Source of the DNA: Gemmatimonadota bacterium
Lineage (GTDB): Bacteria > Gemmatimonadota > Gemmatimonadetes > Palauibacterales > Palauibacteraceae
Assembly: GCA_965116475.1 (NCBI GenBank)
Contig: OZ220691.1
Coordinates: 1,664,001-1,728,000, forward strand
Direction of reading: 5' to 3'
Length of the DNA: 64,000 nt
Positions 46,638 through 56,839 of this stretch are shown here, one piece after another. The first letter of the stretch is position 1, and every line of letters starts with the position of its first letter. A model generated the notes under the pieces. The model was not told where the DNA came from, searched no databases, and worked only from the letters and a program-made list of their open reading frames with translations. Made by a program: the position numbers and the translations under genes.

Positions 46638-47849
46638 ATGATGAACACGGCATGGAACTCCGGTGTGGCCCGCATCGGGCTGGTGGCGGCGGCGCTGTCC
46701 GCAGCGGGGCTGTCGGCGGCGGCTGTGTGCGGGGTGGAGGCGCAGGAGCCGCCCCGGGTGTCGTTCGGGCCGGCGGCCGCGGCCTTCGGGGACGGCCTCG
46801 GCTCCCTGCGCGGCGTGCGCGAACTCGAGGACGGGCGCGTACTCGTGGCGGACGGCTTCGGCGCCGCCGTCATCGCGTGGATGCCCGGGAGCGGCGCGGA
46901 TACGCTGACGAACACGGGCCAGGGACCGCAGGAATATCGGACGCCGGACGGTCTCTTCCCCCTTCCCGACGACGCGACGCTCCTCGTCGATCTCGGCAAC
47001 GCCCGGCTCACCCGCATCGAGGCGGATCTCGGCTTCGGCGAGACGTGGCCCATCGCTCAGGGGGCGCCGAATACCGGCATGACGATGATGATCCCGGTGG
47101 GGACCGACCGCGAGGGCGGCATCTACTTCCAGCGGCGACTCGACGGGATGGCGGGCACATCGGACTCGGCCGCCGTGGCGCGCTTCGATCCGGCCACGGG
47201 CGAGATCTCCGAGGTCGGCCGGATCCGGCTCGCGGCGCAGACGCGCGTGGAGTCGGGGGACGCCAACAACCGCAGCGTGAACATCCGGCCGGTGCCGTTC
47301 TCCAACCAGGATGCGTGGAACGTGGCCTGGGATGGCCGCGTGGCGGTCGCGCGCGCGGACGGCTACCGGCTGGAGTGGCTGGACCCGGCGGGCGGCGTCA
47401 CGCGGGGGCCCGAGATCCCGTACGAACCGGTGCGGGTGCGGCGGGCGGACCAGGATGAGTGGCTCGAGGCGCTCGGCGGCGGTCTGCGCGTCGAGGCCAC
47501 GGACGACGGGAGCGGGATGCGGATGTCCATGAGCCGCGCGCCTTCAGGCTCAAGCAACGCCGACCCTTCCGATTTCGAGTGGCCCAATGCGAAGCCGGTG
47601 ATTCCGGCCGGGGCGGTCGCGGTCGATGCGGCAGGCCGGGCCTGGGTGCGGCGTCATGTGCCGGCGGGGGAAGCGCACCTGTACGATGTGTTCGACGGCG
47701 GCGGACAGCGCATCGCGCAGGTGGAACTGCCCGAGGACCGGCGGCTCGTCGCCTTCGGTGCGGAGAGCGCCTACCTGGTCCGAAGCGACGAACTCGGTTT
47801 CGCCTGGCTCGAGAAATACCCGCTGCCCGCGTTGCCCGGGGCGCGCTGA
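46638..47849 (+). CDS. Secreted 6-bladed beta-propeller-like protein
   Basis: Signal peptide, GQGPQEY, GRAWVRR, YDVFD. Confidence 0.65.
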   Translation: MMNTAWNSGVARIGLVAAALSAAGLSAAAVCGVEAQEPPRVSFGPAAAAFGDGLGSLRGVRELEDGRVLVADGFGAAVIAWMPGSGADTLTNTGQGPQEYRTPDGLFPLPDDATLLVDLGNARLTRIEADLGFGETWPIAQGAPNTGMTMMIPVGTDREGGIYFQRRLDGMAGTSDSAAVARFDPATGEISEVGRIRLAAQTRVESGDANNRSVNIRPVPFSNQDAWNVAWDGRVAVARADGYRLEWLDPAGGVTRGPEIPYEPVRVRRADQDEWLEALGGGLRVEATDDGSGMRMSMSRAPSGSSNADPSDFEWPNAKPVIPAGAVAVDAAGRAWVRRHVPAGEAHLYDVFDGGGQRIAQVELPEDRRLVAFGAESAYLVRSDELGFAWLEKYPLPALPGAR

Positions 47850-47897
47850 CGCCCTCGCGACGACTCCGACCTCAAACGCCGGGTACGGCGCCGCGCC

Positions 47898-49136
47898 TCA
47901 GTGCGGATGCCGTCTCACCAGGTCCGGGTCCGGCGGCAGTAGCGTCGCGTCGTCCGCGGGAACGAAGTCGGCGGAGCCGGTGAGGGGAATCGGGGGAGAC
48001 CACACCTCCGTGTCCGGCTGGAACGCCGCCCAGGCGAACCAGAACGCGTGGTACGCCTCGGGATGCGCTTCGAGTCTCTCTCCCTCCAGCGGTCCATCCA
48101 CGGCCCGGCCCGCAAAATTCCACACGCTCCCCGTTTCCACGTCCTGCCGGCGACCATCGACGACCTCGAACGTGAGCCGCCGGCCGTTGGCTCGAGCCCG
48201 GTAGATCCTCGCGCTCTGAGCGCTGGAGTTCCAGAACGCAACGATCGGCTCGCCGCGCGCCATGGCGCTCGCGGCCCAGACGGACGTGTTCTGACCCTCC
48301 TGGTCCCGGGCCGCGACCTCTCTCAGGTCGGCGATGGCGAACGCGATGCCACCGGTTCCCGACGGAACGCCGACCACGCGCTCCTTGGGCCTTCGGCGGG
48401 GATCGATCGGAGCCGAGGTCGGATAGAAGAGCGAGGCGTTGTCCGGGTCCCGATAGTTCCCGTACGGGTAGAGCGTGTAGAGGAAGTCGTGCCCCGTCGC
48501 GCGTGTCGCGACCCAGGTGTCCAGAAAGATCTGGAGCCAGGCACCGTACAGCATCAGCTCGTACGGCACGCGCGTCAGGCTGCTGCCGTCCCGCGGTCCG
48601 CACGTGGCGGAGCGCGTCAACTGGGGGTAGAGCGTCCCGGAGCCGTCGTCCATCACGAGGTTGTTGTCGAGAACGTAGTTGGACACCGCGAAGTCGGGCG
48701 TGTCGCGCGGCTCGGGATCGAAGACGCCTACCGACCCCGTAAGCGGCGAATAGGTGACCGTGAGCCGTTGCCCCGTCGCGGTCGAGTCGGCCGGGTCGGA
48801 CTCGGCCTGAAGGTTCAGAACTTCGTGGTACCAGAGGAGCTTGAGGGGTATGGCGAGAGGCTGGCCGTTGAACTCGAGCCCGATCACGAGATCGCCGCGA
48901 TTGACGTAACCGACGTGGGGCGCGATGAGCCGCGTGGCGACTTCCGGATTCGTGAGCGCCGGAATACTCGAGCGCTCCGCGCCGGCGTCCGTGAAGTTCG
49001 TGAGCGGAAGCGAGCAGTTCGAGAACCCGGTCGGCGGGCCGAAGCTCTCTCCGGAGCACGCGGCGAGCCCCACGGCACACAGCACCACGGCGGCACTATT
49101 GCTGGCTGGATTCATCCGGCGCCCCGCACCTGTCAT
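47898..49136 (-). CDS. DUF3179 domain lipoprotein
   Basis: SIPALTNP, LLWYHEVLN, TYSPLTGS, DVETGSVWNFAGRAVDGPL.G, FWFAWAAFQPDT; LAAC lipobox. Confidence 0.8.
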   Translation of the reverse strand: MTGAGRRMNPASNSAAVVLCAVGLAACSGESFGPPTGFSNCSLPLTNFTDAGAERSSIPALTNPEVATRLIAPHVGYVNRGDLVIGLEFNGQPLAIPLKLLWYHEVLNLQAESDPADSTATGQRLTVTYSPLTGSVGVFDPEPRDTPDFAVSNYVLDNNLVMDDGSGTLYPQLTRSATCGPRDGSSLTRVPYELMLYGAWLQIFLDTWVATRATGHDFLYTLYPYGNYRDPDNASLFYPTSAPIDPRRRPKERVVGVPSGTGGIAFAIADLREVAARDQEGQNTSVWAASAMARGEPIVAFWNSSAQSARIYRARANGRRLTFEVVDGRRQDVETGSVWNFAGRAVDGPLEGERLEAHPEAYHAFWFAWAAFQPDTEVWSPPIPLTGSADFVPADDATLLPPDPDLVRRHPH

Positions 49137-49142
49137 GCCCGG

Positions 49143-49919
49143 TCACCGTCCGACGCGAGAGTTCCCGACGGCTCTTCGGGCGGAGAGACCGGCGAGGCCG
49201 CCGACCGTCCTGCCAGCAGGCCGGGCTGCTAGATGAACAAGGCCTCGTTCTCGGAATCGACTCCGTGGATGTCCGCCTTCTGCGCCCGCACATCCTTCTG
49301 GCCGACCTGACGCTGCCCGACGACGATCATCGCGATGCTCGCGACGAGCGCCAGTGCGATCCTGAGCTTCTTCATGGCGTCCCCCCTCCTCCATCGTCCC
49401 TGCCCCCAACGCCGGATCCGGACACAGATCGCTCCCATAGTATAAGGCCTTCCTGCCATTTAACGAACTTTCCGGCCCAATGGTGACACGCCGGAGGGGA
49501 GCGTCGGCCTCGATGACCCAGCGGTTGAGGGTGTCCCGGGCCAGCGCGAGATCGGTCTCCGCGAGGAGCATGCCTTCCGCCCCACGCGCCTCGAGGCGGA
49601 CCCGGTCGGCGCGCACCCGAATGTTCACGCGGACCGAATCCCCGCGCGGCACCGTATCGAGCACCACGCTCCCGGCTCCGGCCGCGGCGAAGACGTACGC
49701 GTCGATGTCGAGCGCATTGACGAGGCGGATCCGGTATTCGCGGGTCGGACCCTCACCCGCGAGCGGCGCGGGAGCGGCAGGGGCGGCAGCGCCATCGGAT
49801 GGCCCGGAATCGGGCGGGGTCGCGGAGGAATCCGGGGGGTCGCCGGACGGGGCGCACGCCGCCGCGAGGCAGACAAGCGCCGACAGCGCGCGGCCCGGCC
49901 GAAAAGGCCGCCCGTTCAG
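49143..49919 (-). CDS. Putative lipoprotein; both ends uncertain
   Basis: LVCLAAAC lipobox and beta-rich domain (IRLVNALD..VLDTVP). The only plausible start is CTG overlapping the glpD stop; the frame runs on over the next small gene. Confidence 0.45.
   Translation of the reverse strand: MNGRPFRPGRALSALVCLAAACAPSGDPPDSSATPPDSGPSDGAAAPAAPAPLAGEGPTREYRIRLVNALDIDAYVFAAAGAGSVVLDTVPRGDSVRVNIRVRADRVRLEARGAEGMLLAETDLALARDTLNRWVIEADAPLRRVTIGPESSLNGRKALYYGSDLCPDPALGAGTMEEGGRHEEAQDRTGARREHRDDRRRAASGRPEGCAGAEGGHPRSRFRERGLVHLAARPAGRTVGGLAGLSARRAVGNSRVGR
49229..49375 (-). CDS. 48-aa small protein with signal/TM N-terminus
   Basis: Strong GGAGGAGG RBS and a TATACT -10-like box upstream; MKKLRIALALVASIAMIVV. 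Confidence 0.55.
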   Translation of the reverse strand: MKKLRIALALVASIAMIVVGQRQVGQKDVRAQKADIHGVDSENEALFI

Positions 49920-51643
49920 CGGATCTCCTTCGCGCGGGCCGCCAGTTCGCGGATCGCGCCGTCGTCCACCGCCCTGAAGGCCAGCGCCCGTTCCACTTCC
50001 TCCATCCGCCGTTCCTCCGTCCAGTCCAGTTCCGGGGCCACGGCTTCGGCGACGCGGCGTGCGGCCTCCGGCGTCCCGGAGCGCGTCTCGAGGCCGACTC
50101 GCATCCGCCGATAGAGAAGGTCCTCGACGTGACGGGCCATCTCGCTCCGTACCGAATACACCGCTTCGGCCAGAAGGTGCGGCCTCCCGGCAACGACCCT
50201 CTCGCCGAGCCGCGGGTTCCGCTCGACCAGGTCGAGCACCCGGTTCGCTCTCGTCCCGTATGCGCGCGTGAGGCGGTCGGCGGAAACGCGCTCGAGTCCC
50301 TGCGCGCGGGCACGGGCCCGGATGCGGCCGCGGAGCGCGTCCAGATCCCGGAACCGCGCGCCGGGAAGCGGGACTTTGTCCGTGTCCACCTTCCGAAGCG
50401 CCTTCACGCCGGCCGGCGCGAGGAACGCCTGCACGCGATCCACCGTGGCCTCTGCCATGTGCCGGTGAGAGGTGAGTTTTCCTCCGCTCAGGGTGAAGAA
50501 GCCGGGGGGATGCTGATGAACCTCGAACTCCCTCGAGACGGCACCCTCGTCGGAGCCGTCCGCGGGCGGCGCGACGAGCGGCCGCAGGCCGGCCCAGGCG
50601 CTGATCACGTCTTCCGGTCCCAGCTTCGACGCCGGGAGCAGGCGACGGGTGGCCTCGAGCAGGTAGGCGATGTCCTCGGGCGTGGCCGCGACCTCGTGCG
50701 GCGGGCCGTCGAAGAACTCGTCCGTGGTGCCGATGAGGGTCAGGTCCTCCCGCCACGGGAGGATGAACATCACGCGGCCGTCCCGGGGCGCCTCGAAGAT
50801 CAGGGCGCCGGAGTGCCCCACCCGGTCGCGCGCCACGTGGACGTGCGTCCCGCGCGAGGGACGGATGCGCACGGCGGACGCCGCGCCCTCCTCCGGCCCG
50901 GGTCCCTGCGAGCCCGCGGTCACGCGATCGAGCGTTTGCTCGGCCCACGCGCCGGTGGCGTTGACGATCGCAAGGGCGTCGACGCCCACTTCCCGTCCAC
51001 TTTCCGCGTCTCTCACCAGCACCCGGTGCCCCGGCCAGTCCGAGGCGTCGATGCGCACGACTTCGGCCCGGTTGAGTACGGTCGCGCCGGCCTCGACGGC
51101 CGCCACGATGGTCGTGACGACGAGCCGTGCATCGTCGACCTGGGCGTCGAAATAGCGCGCGCCGCCGAGCAGCCCCTCGGCGCGCAGCCCCGGTTCGCGC
51201 GCGAGCATGGCCACGGTGTCGAGCATCTGATGCCGTTCGATGTTCCGGAACAGCGAGAGCGCGTCGTAGAGCCACATCCCCGCGTCCAGCTTCCTCCGGC
51301 CGATGCGGCCGTCGCGGAAGATGGGAAAGTGGAACTCCAGCGGCCGGACGAGGTGGGTCGCGATCCGGAGCAGGGTCCGCCGTTCCTGGCTCGCCTCGAA
51401 CACGAGATCGAACTCGAAGTGCTCCAGGTAGCGCAGGCCGCCGTGGACGAGCCGGGATGAACGGCTGCTCGTGCCCCACGCGAAGTCCGCGGCTTCGACG
51501 AGCGCGGTGCGAAAACCACGGCGGGCCGCGTCGCGCGCCACCGCCGCGCCGGAAACGCCGCCTCCGATGACGAGGATGTCGAAGGCGGTCTCCGCGAGGC
51601 TCCGGAACCGCTCGGCGCGCCCCGGAGCCGTCGCGGGCCTCAC
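49916..51643 (-). CDS. glpD: FAD-dependent glycerol-3-phosphate dehydrogenase/oxidase
   Basis: DILVIGGGVSG, GTSSRSSRLVHGGLRYLE, IGTTD, WAGLRPL, GGKLT. Confidence 0.9.
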   Translation of the reverse strand: MRPATAPGRAERFRSLAETAFDILVIGGGVSGAAVARDAARRGFRTALVEAADFAWGTSSRSSRLVHGGLRYLEHFEFDLVFEASQERRTLLRIATHLVRPLEFHFPIFRDGRIGRRKLDAGMWLYDALSLFRNIERHQMLDTVAMLAREPGLRAEGLLGGARYFDAQVDDARLVVTTIVAAVEAGATVLNRAEVVRIDASDWPGHRVLVRDAESGREVGVDALAIVNATGAWAEQTLDRVTAGSQGPGPEEGAASAVRIRPSRGTHVHVARDRVGHSGALIFEAPRDGRVMFILPWREDLTLIGTTDEFFDGPPHEVAATPEDIAYLLEATRRLLPASKLGPEDVISAWAGLRPLVAPPADGSDEGAVSREFEVHQHPPGFFTLSGGKLTSHRHMAEATVDRVQAFLAPAGVKALRKVDTDKVPLPGARFRDLDALRGRIRARARAQGLERVSADRLTRAYGTRANRVLDLVERNPRLGERVVAGRPHLLAEAVYSVRSEMARHVEDLLYRRMRVGLETRSGTPEAARRVAEAVAPELDWTEERRMEEVERALAFRAVDDGAIRELAARAKEIR

Positions 51644-52674
51644 GGCTCGAGGACGAGCTTCCCGAAGACTCCGCCCGCCTCCAGCCGCTCGTGGGCCTCG
51701 CGCGCCCGGTCCAGCGGCCACAGGTCATCGACGACCGGGGCGAGGGTGCCGTCCAGCACGAGCCCCATCACGGCCTCGAACTCGGCACGCGTCGCCATCG
51801 TCGTCCCCATGATCGACGTCTGACTCCAGAACAGGCGCGCGATGTTGAGCGTGCCCTGCGGCCCGGTCGTCGCGCCGTACACGACCATCCTGCCCGCACG
51901 CGCCAGCGCGCGAACGCAGCCCTCCCACGTCGCCGCGCCCACGCTGTCGAGGACGAGATCGACGCCGCGCTTCCCCGTCTCCATCCAGACGCGCCGCGAA
52001 AAATCCTCCTCGAGACGGTCGATGACGAGGTCCGCGCCGAGCGCCTCCACGCGCCGCACGTTCTCGGAGCCGCTCGTGACCGCGAATACCCGCGCCCCGT
52101 GGTGTTTCGCGATCTGGATCGCGGCGGTGGAAACGCCGCCCGACGCCCCGGTAACGAGGACCGTCTCCCCCGGCGCCAGCCGCCCTCGCGACAGGAGTCC
52201 GCGCCACGCCGTCTGGTACACGAGCGGCGCGACGGCCGCGGTGGCGAACGGGAAGCCGTCCGGCAGCCGGACCAGGTTGCGCGCCGGAACCGCGACCTGT
52301 TCCGCGAAGCCGCCGGGTATGTGCTCGCCGAGGATGCGGTAGGACGTGCAGAGGGGGTGCTCGCCGCGGGCGCACCACTCGCAGCCGGCGCCGGCGCACC
52401 AGAGGCCCGGGTTCACCGCGACGCGGTCGCCGGGGGCCCAGCCCTCCACGCCATCCCCCGGCGCAATGACCTCGCCCGCCACATCCGACCCTCCGATATG
52501 CGGCATCTCCAGGGTGAGTCCCGGCAGGCCGCGCCGCGTCCACAGGTCGAGGTGGTTGAGTCCCGCCGCGCGCACGCGGATCAGCACCTCGCCGGGACCC
52601 GCCGCCGGCTCGGGCAGGTCGCCGACGCGGATGACGTCGGGCCCCCCGTGTCGTTCGAAGTAGGCCGCTTTCAT
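51640..52674 (-). CDS. Zinc-binding dehydrogenase/quinone oxidoreductase (MDR)
   Basis: GLNHLDLW, HIGGSDVAG, VLVTGASGGV, GATTG, FGKLVL. Confidence 0.88.
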   Translation of the reverse strand: MKAAYFERHGGPDVIRVGDLPEPAAGPGEVLIRVRAAGLNHLDLWTRRGLPGLTLEMPHIGGSDVAGEVIAPGDGVEGWAPGDRVAVNPGLWCAGAGCEWCARGEHPLCTSYRILGEHIPGGFAEQVAVPARNLVRLPDGFPFATAAVAPLVYQTAWRGLLSRGRLAPGETVLVTGASGGVSTAAIQIAKHHGARVFAVTSGSENVRRVEALGADLVIDRLEEDFSRRVWMETGKRGVDLVLDSVGAATWEGCVRALARAGRMVVYGATTGPQGTLNIARLFWSQTSIMGTTMATRAEFEAVMGLVLDGTLAPVVDDLWPLDRAREAHERLEAGGVFGKLVLEP

Positions 52675-52779
52675 GGCCGCCAACCTACGGTCGCGCCGCA
52701 GCCCGTGCAGGAGCCTCCGACGTCTCCGAAACGGACGGGGACAGTCGAGCCAGGATCGCGCCACGACCGCGCCACAACA

Positions 52780-52855
52780 GTTGAGAACGGGTCTCAACAA
52801 GGCTTGATAAGGGGTCGCGCGCCGCGTACGTTGTCCGGCCGATAATCGTTATCGG
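52780..52855. promoter_or_regulatory. Two Fur-family-like inverted repeats upstream of sufC
   Basis: GTTGAGA-acggg-TCTCAAC (52780-52798) and CCGATAA-tcg-TTATCGG (52839-52855), both with perfect 7-bp arms. Confidence 0.6.
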
Positions 52856-52931
52856 TTCAGCTTGATTCGATCGCTGCGTTTCAGGCCGGCGCTTTCGGGT
52901 GACCGGCCTTTTGCAACACAAGAGGACACGA

Positions 52932-53705
52932 ATGTCAGAACCGCTTCTGTCGATACGCGGACTCCGGGCGAAAGTCGAAGGCGAAGAGGGAGAGATCCTC
53001 CGCGGCGTCGACCTGGACCTCGAGCGCGGCGAAGTGCACGCGCTGATGGGGCCCAACGGCTCGGGCAAGAGCACGCTGGCCAAGGTCATCGCGGGCCACC
53101 CCGCTTACGAGGTGACGGCGGGCGAGATCCTGTTCGAGGGGGAGGACGTCCTCGAGCTGGAGCCGGATGAGCGGAGCCGCGCGGGGATCTTCCTCGCCTT
53201 CCAGTATCCGGCGGAGATCCCGGGCGTGTCGATCGCCAACTTCCTGCGCACCGCCGTGAACTCGCGGCTGGGCGAGGGCGAGGAGATGGACGTGTTCGGG
53301 TTCCAGCGCACGCTCACCGAGAAGATGGAGATGCTGAAGATGGATCCCGGCTTCGCCGGCCGGTATGTCAACGACGGCTTCTCCGGCGGCGAGAAGAAGC
53401 GGAACGAGATCCTGCAGATGGCCGTGCTTCGGCCGGCGCTCGGCGTCCTGGACGAGACGGACAGCGGACTCGACATCGACGCGCTCAAGATCGTGGCCCG
53501 CGGAGTGAACCGCCTGTCCGAGGCCGACGAGGCGCTCGGGGTGCTGCTCATCACGCACTACAAGCGGATCCTCAACTACATCCAGCCGGATGTCGTCCAC
53601 GTGATGATGGCCGGCCGCATCGCGGAGAGCGGCGGCGCCTCGCTTGCCGACAAACTGGAGGCCGAGGGGTACGACTGGCTGCACCAGGCGGCGGCCGCCG
53701 TTTGA
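52932..53705 (+). CDS. sufC: Fe-S cluster assembly ATPase SufC
   Basis: [43 protein letters not shown]. Confidence 0.97.
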   Translation: MSEPLLSIRGLRAKVEGEEGEILRGVDLDLERGEVHALMGPNGSGKSTLAKVIAGHPAYEVTAGEILFEGEDVLELEPDERSRAGIFLAFQYPAEIPGVSIANFLRTAVNSRLGEGEEMDVFGFQRTLTEKMEMLKMDPGFAGRYVNDGFSGGEKKRNEILQMAVLRPALGVLDETDSGLDIDALKIVARGVNRLSEADEALGVLLITHYKRILNYIQPDVVHVMMAGRIAESGGASLADKLEAEGYDWLHQAAAAV

Positions 53706-53750
53706 CGCCGGCGGCGACCGTCTTACGCCGTAAGGGAAGATGGAGGAACC

Positions 53751-55166
53751 ATGCCACAGAACGAGACCATCACCGGGCTCGGGCTCGACGAGTACAAGTA
53801 CGGCTTCGTCACGGAGGACGAGCCCGTCTTCAAGGCCGTCCCCGGCCTCTCGAACGACATCGTGCGCCAGATCTCGCATCACAAGGAAGAGCCGGAATGG
53901 ATGCTCGACTTCCGGCTGAAGGCGCTCGATGTCTACTACTCCAAGCCGATGCCGAAGTGGGGCGGGGATCTCTCGAAACTCGAGGACACGCTCGACGAGA
54001 TCTACTTCTACCTGAAGCCGCAGGACCAGATGGAGCGGTCCTGGGACGACGTTCCGCAGGAGATCAAGGACACGTTCGAGAAGCTCGGCATCCCCGAGGC
54101 GGAGCGTAAGGCGCTCGCCGGGGTCGGGGCCCAGTACGAGTCCGAGATGGTCTACCACTCCCTGAAGGAGCAGTGGGAGGAGCAGGGCGTGATCTTCGAG
54201 TCGATCGAGGATGGGCTCGCAAAGCACCCCGAGCTGTTCCGGCAGTACTTCTCCACCGTCGTGCCCACGCACGACAACAAGTTCGCGGCGCTCAACTCGG
54301 CCGTGTGGTCGGGCGGGTCGTTCGTCTACATCCCGAAGGGGGTGAAGGTGGAGATCCCGCTGCAGGCCTACTTCCGGGTGAACGCGGAGCGCATGGGGCA
54401 GTTCGAGCGCACCCTCATCATCTGCGAGGAGGGGGCCGAGGCCCACTACATCGAGGGCTGTACGGCGCCCGTCTACTCGACGGACTCGTTCCACTCCGGC
54501 GTCATCGAGATCGTGGTCAAGAAGGGCGCGCGCTTCCGGTACACCACGATCCAGAACTGGTCGAACAACATGTACAACCTCGTCACGCAGCGTGCGCTCG
54601 TGCACGAGGACGCGAAGATGGAGTGGCTCGACGGGAACCTGGGCTCGAAACTCACGATGAAGTACCCGTCGTGCTTCCTGGTCGGAGAGCGGGCGCACGG
54701 CGAGATCCTCTCCATCGCGTACGCGGGGGACGGGCAGCACCAGGACACGGGCGGCAAGGTAATCCACGCCGCCCCGAACACGACCTCGCAGATCACCTCG
54801 AAGTCGATCTCGAGGGGGCTCGGGCGCTCCTCGTACCGCGGACTGTGCAAGGTGTACGACGGCGCGGAGGGCGCGAAGTCCAACGTCGAGTGCGATGCGC
54901 TGCTGCTCGACGAACAGTCGCGGACCGACACCTACCCCTACATCGAGATCGATGAGAACACGGCGTCGATCGGGCACGAGGCCACGGTCTCGAAGGTCGG
55001 CGACGAGCAGCTCTTCTACCTGATGAGTCGTGGCCTCGACGAGGCGGAGGCGATGGCGATGATCGTACGCGGCTTCATCGAGCCGGTGGCCAAGGAGCTG
55101 CCGCTGGAGTACGCGATCGAACTGAATCGGCTGATCGAACTGGAGATGGAAGGGTCGGTCGGATGA
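53751..55166 (+). CDS. sufB: Fe-S cluster assembly protein SufB
   Basis: [41 protein letters not shown]. Confidence 0.97.
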   Translation: MPQNETITGLGLDEYKYGFVTEDEPVFKAVPGLSNDIVRQISHHKEEPEWMLDFRLKALDVYYSKPMPKWGGDLSKLEDTLDEIYFYLKPQDQMERSWDDVPQEIKDTFEKLGIPEAERKALAGVGAQYESEMVYHSLKEQWEEQGVIFESIEDGLAKHPELFRQYFSTVVPTHDNKFAALNSAVWSGGSFVYIPKGVKVEIPLQAYFRVNAERMGQFERTLIICEEGAEAHYIEGCTAPVYSTDSFHSGVIEIVVKKGARFRYTTIQNWSNNMYNLVTQRALVHEDAKMEWLDGNLGSKLTMKYPSCFLVGERAHGEILSIAYAGDGQHQDTGGKVIHAAPNTTSQITSKSISRGLGRSSYRGLCKVYDGAEGAKSNVECDALLLDEQSRTDTYPYIEIDENTASIGHEATVSKVGDEQLFYLMSRGLDEAEAMAMIVRGFIEPVAKELPLEYAIELNRLIELEMEGSVG

Positions 55167-56503
55167 GCACAATGACAGCCGGGCCGGCGGAGTCGACGCT
55201 GTCGACGCTGGCCGCGGCGGATTTCGATACGCTTGCCGGCGGGCTGACGGAGCCGAAAGCGATCGCGGGGGCGCGGGCCGCCGCATGGGAACGGTTCACC
55301 GCCCTTCCCTGGCCGACGAAGAAGTCGGAGGAATGGCGGTACACGGACCTCACGAAGGTCGGCTTCGAGGCGCTCACGCCGGTGGTCCCGGCGCCCGCCA
55401 CGGCGGAGACGCTGTCGGCGGACGTGCGCGAGGTGCTCGGCCGCTCCGGCGAGCGGGCGGGTGTCGTCGTGCTGCGGGAGGGCCGGGTCGCGCACCTCGA
55501 ACTCGAACCCGAGGTGGCGCGGAGCGGCGTCGTCCTATACTCGATCCGGGACGCGGCGGACCGTCATCCGGAGGTGCTGCGGCGCGCGCTGTTCGAGGCG
55601 CAACCGGGCCCCGCCGAGGAGAAGCTCTGGGCGCTGCACCTCGCCCTCCTGGGCGGAGGCTACTTCCTGCACGTGCCGCGCGGGGTGGAGATGCCGGCGC
55701 CGATCCACGCGTTTCACATCGTCGAGCGGGCCGGGACGCTCTCCTCCGCCCATTCGTTCGTGTACGCGGAGACGGGCGCGCGGGCCGCGGTCATCGACGA
55801 GTTCCTCTCCGACGATCTCGATGCGGAAACGGTCTCGCTGCACGGGGCGACGATCACGGGGGAGGCGGGCGCGGGCATCGAGTACGTCGCGCTCCAGCGC
55901 TTCGGCCGGGGCGTGAAGCGGTTCTCGACGCAGCGCGTCGCCGCGGGCCGCGACTCGCGTATCGTAACCTTCAACGTCGCGCTGGGCGGCGACCTCTCGC
56001 GGGCGGACGTCACGAGCCGTCTCGACGGGCCCGGGAGTGACAGCGAGATGCTCGCGCTCTGGTTCGGCGACTCCGACCAGCACTTCGACCACCACACGCT
56101 ACAGCATCACGCCGCGCCGCACGCGCACAGCGACCTGCTGTTCAAGGGAGCCCTGACGGACTCGGGGTCGAGCGTGTTCCGCGGGCTGATCAGGGTCGAC
56201 AAGGGCGCCCAGCTCACGGACGCCTACCAGACGAACCGCAACCTGCTGCTGAGCGAAAGCTCTCACGCCTCCGCCCTTCCCAACCTGGAGATCGAGGCCG
56301 ACGATGTGCGCTGCTCGCACGGGGCGACGATCGGACAGGTGGAGGACGGACAACTCTTCTACCTGATGAGCCGCGGCCTCACGCGGCGGCAGGCCGAGCG
56401 CCTGCTCGTATTCGGGTTCTTCGACGAGGTTCTGGGGCGTCTTCCGATGGAGGGGGTGCGGGCTCGCGTACGCGAAGCGATCGAGGAGAAGATCGGGCTA
56501 TGA
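55163..56503 (+). CDS. sufD: Fe-S cluster assembly protein SufD
   Basis: [31 protein letters not shown]. Confidence 0.95.
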   Translation: MSTMTAGPAESTLSTLAAADFDTLAGGLTEPKAIAGARAAAWERFTALPWPTKKSEEWRYTDLTKVGFEALTPVVPAPATAETLSADVREVLGRSGERAGVVVLREGRVAHLELEPEVARSGVVLYSIRDAADRHPEVLRRALFEAQPGPAEEKLWALHLALLGGGYFLHVPRGVEMPAPIHAFHIVERAGTLSSAHSFVYAETGARAAVIDEFLSDDLDAETVSLHGATITGEAGAGIEYVALQRFGRGVKRFSTQRVAAGRDSRIVTFNVALGGDLSRADVTSRLDGPGSDSEMLALWFGDSDQHFDHHTLQHHAAPHAHSDLLFKGALTDSGSSVFRGLIRVDKGAQLTDAYQTNRNLLLSESSHASALPNLEIEADDVRCSHGATIGQVEDGQLFYLMSRGLTRRQAERLLVFGFFDEVLGRLPMEGVRARVREAIEEKIGL

Positions 56504-56811
56504 GCCGATTCGTCACGGTGGCCAGGATCGACGATGTGCCGGAGAACGGGACGTGCGGGGTGATGGCCGGGGAGCTGGCGATCGCCCTCATCCGGAGCGG
56601 GGGCGAGGTCTACGCGCTCGAGGACTGCTGCTCCCACGAGGAGTTCCCGCTCTCGGACGGCGAGGTCGAGGCGGGCGAGATCACCTGCCTCCTCCACGGG
56701 GCGCGCTTCGATCTTGCGACCGGCGAGCCGAGGGCGCTCCCGGCTGTCATGCCGGTCCGGACCTTCGACGTGCGGATCGAGGGGGACGACATTCAGGTCG
56801 ACCTCGCCTGA
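56500..56811 (+). CDS. Rieske-type ferredoxin
   Basis: CSHE..CLLHGARFD. Confidence 0.92.
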   Translation: MSRFVTVARIDDVPENGTCGVMAGELAIALIRSGGEVYALEDCCSHEEFPLSDGEVEAGEITCLLHGARFDLATGEPRALPAVMPVRTFDVRIEGDDIQVDLA

Positions 56812-56839
56812 GCCTGATTCAGCCGAGGATCCGGGGCCG

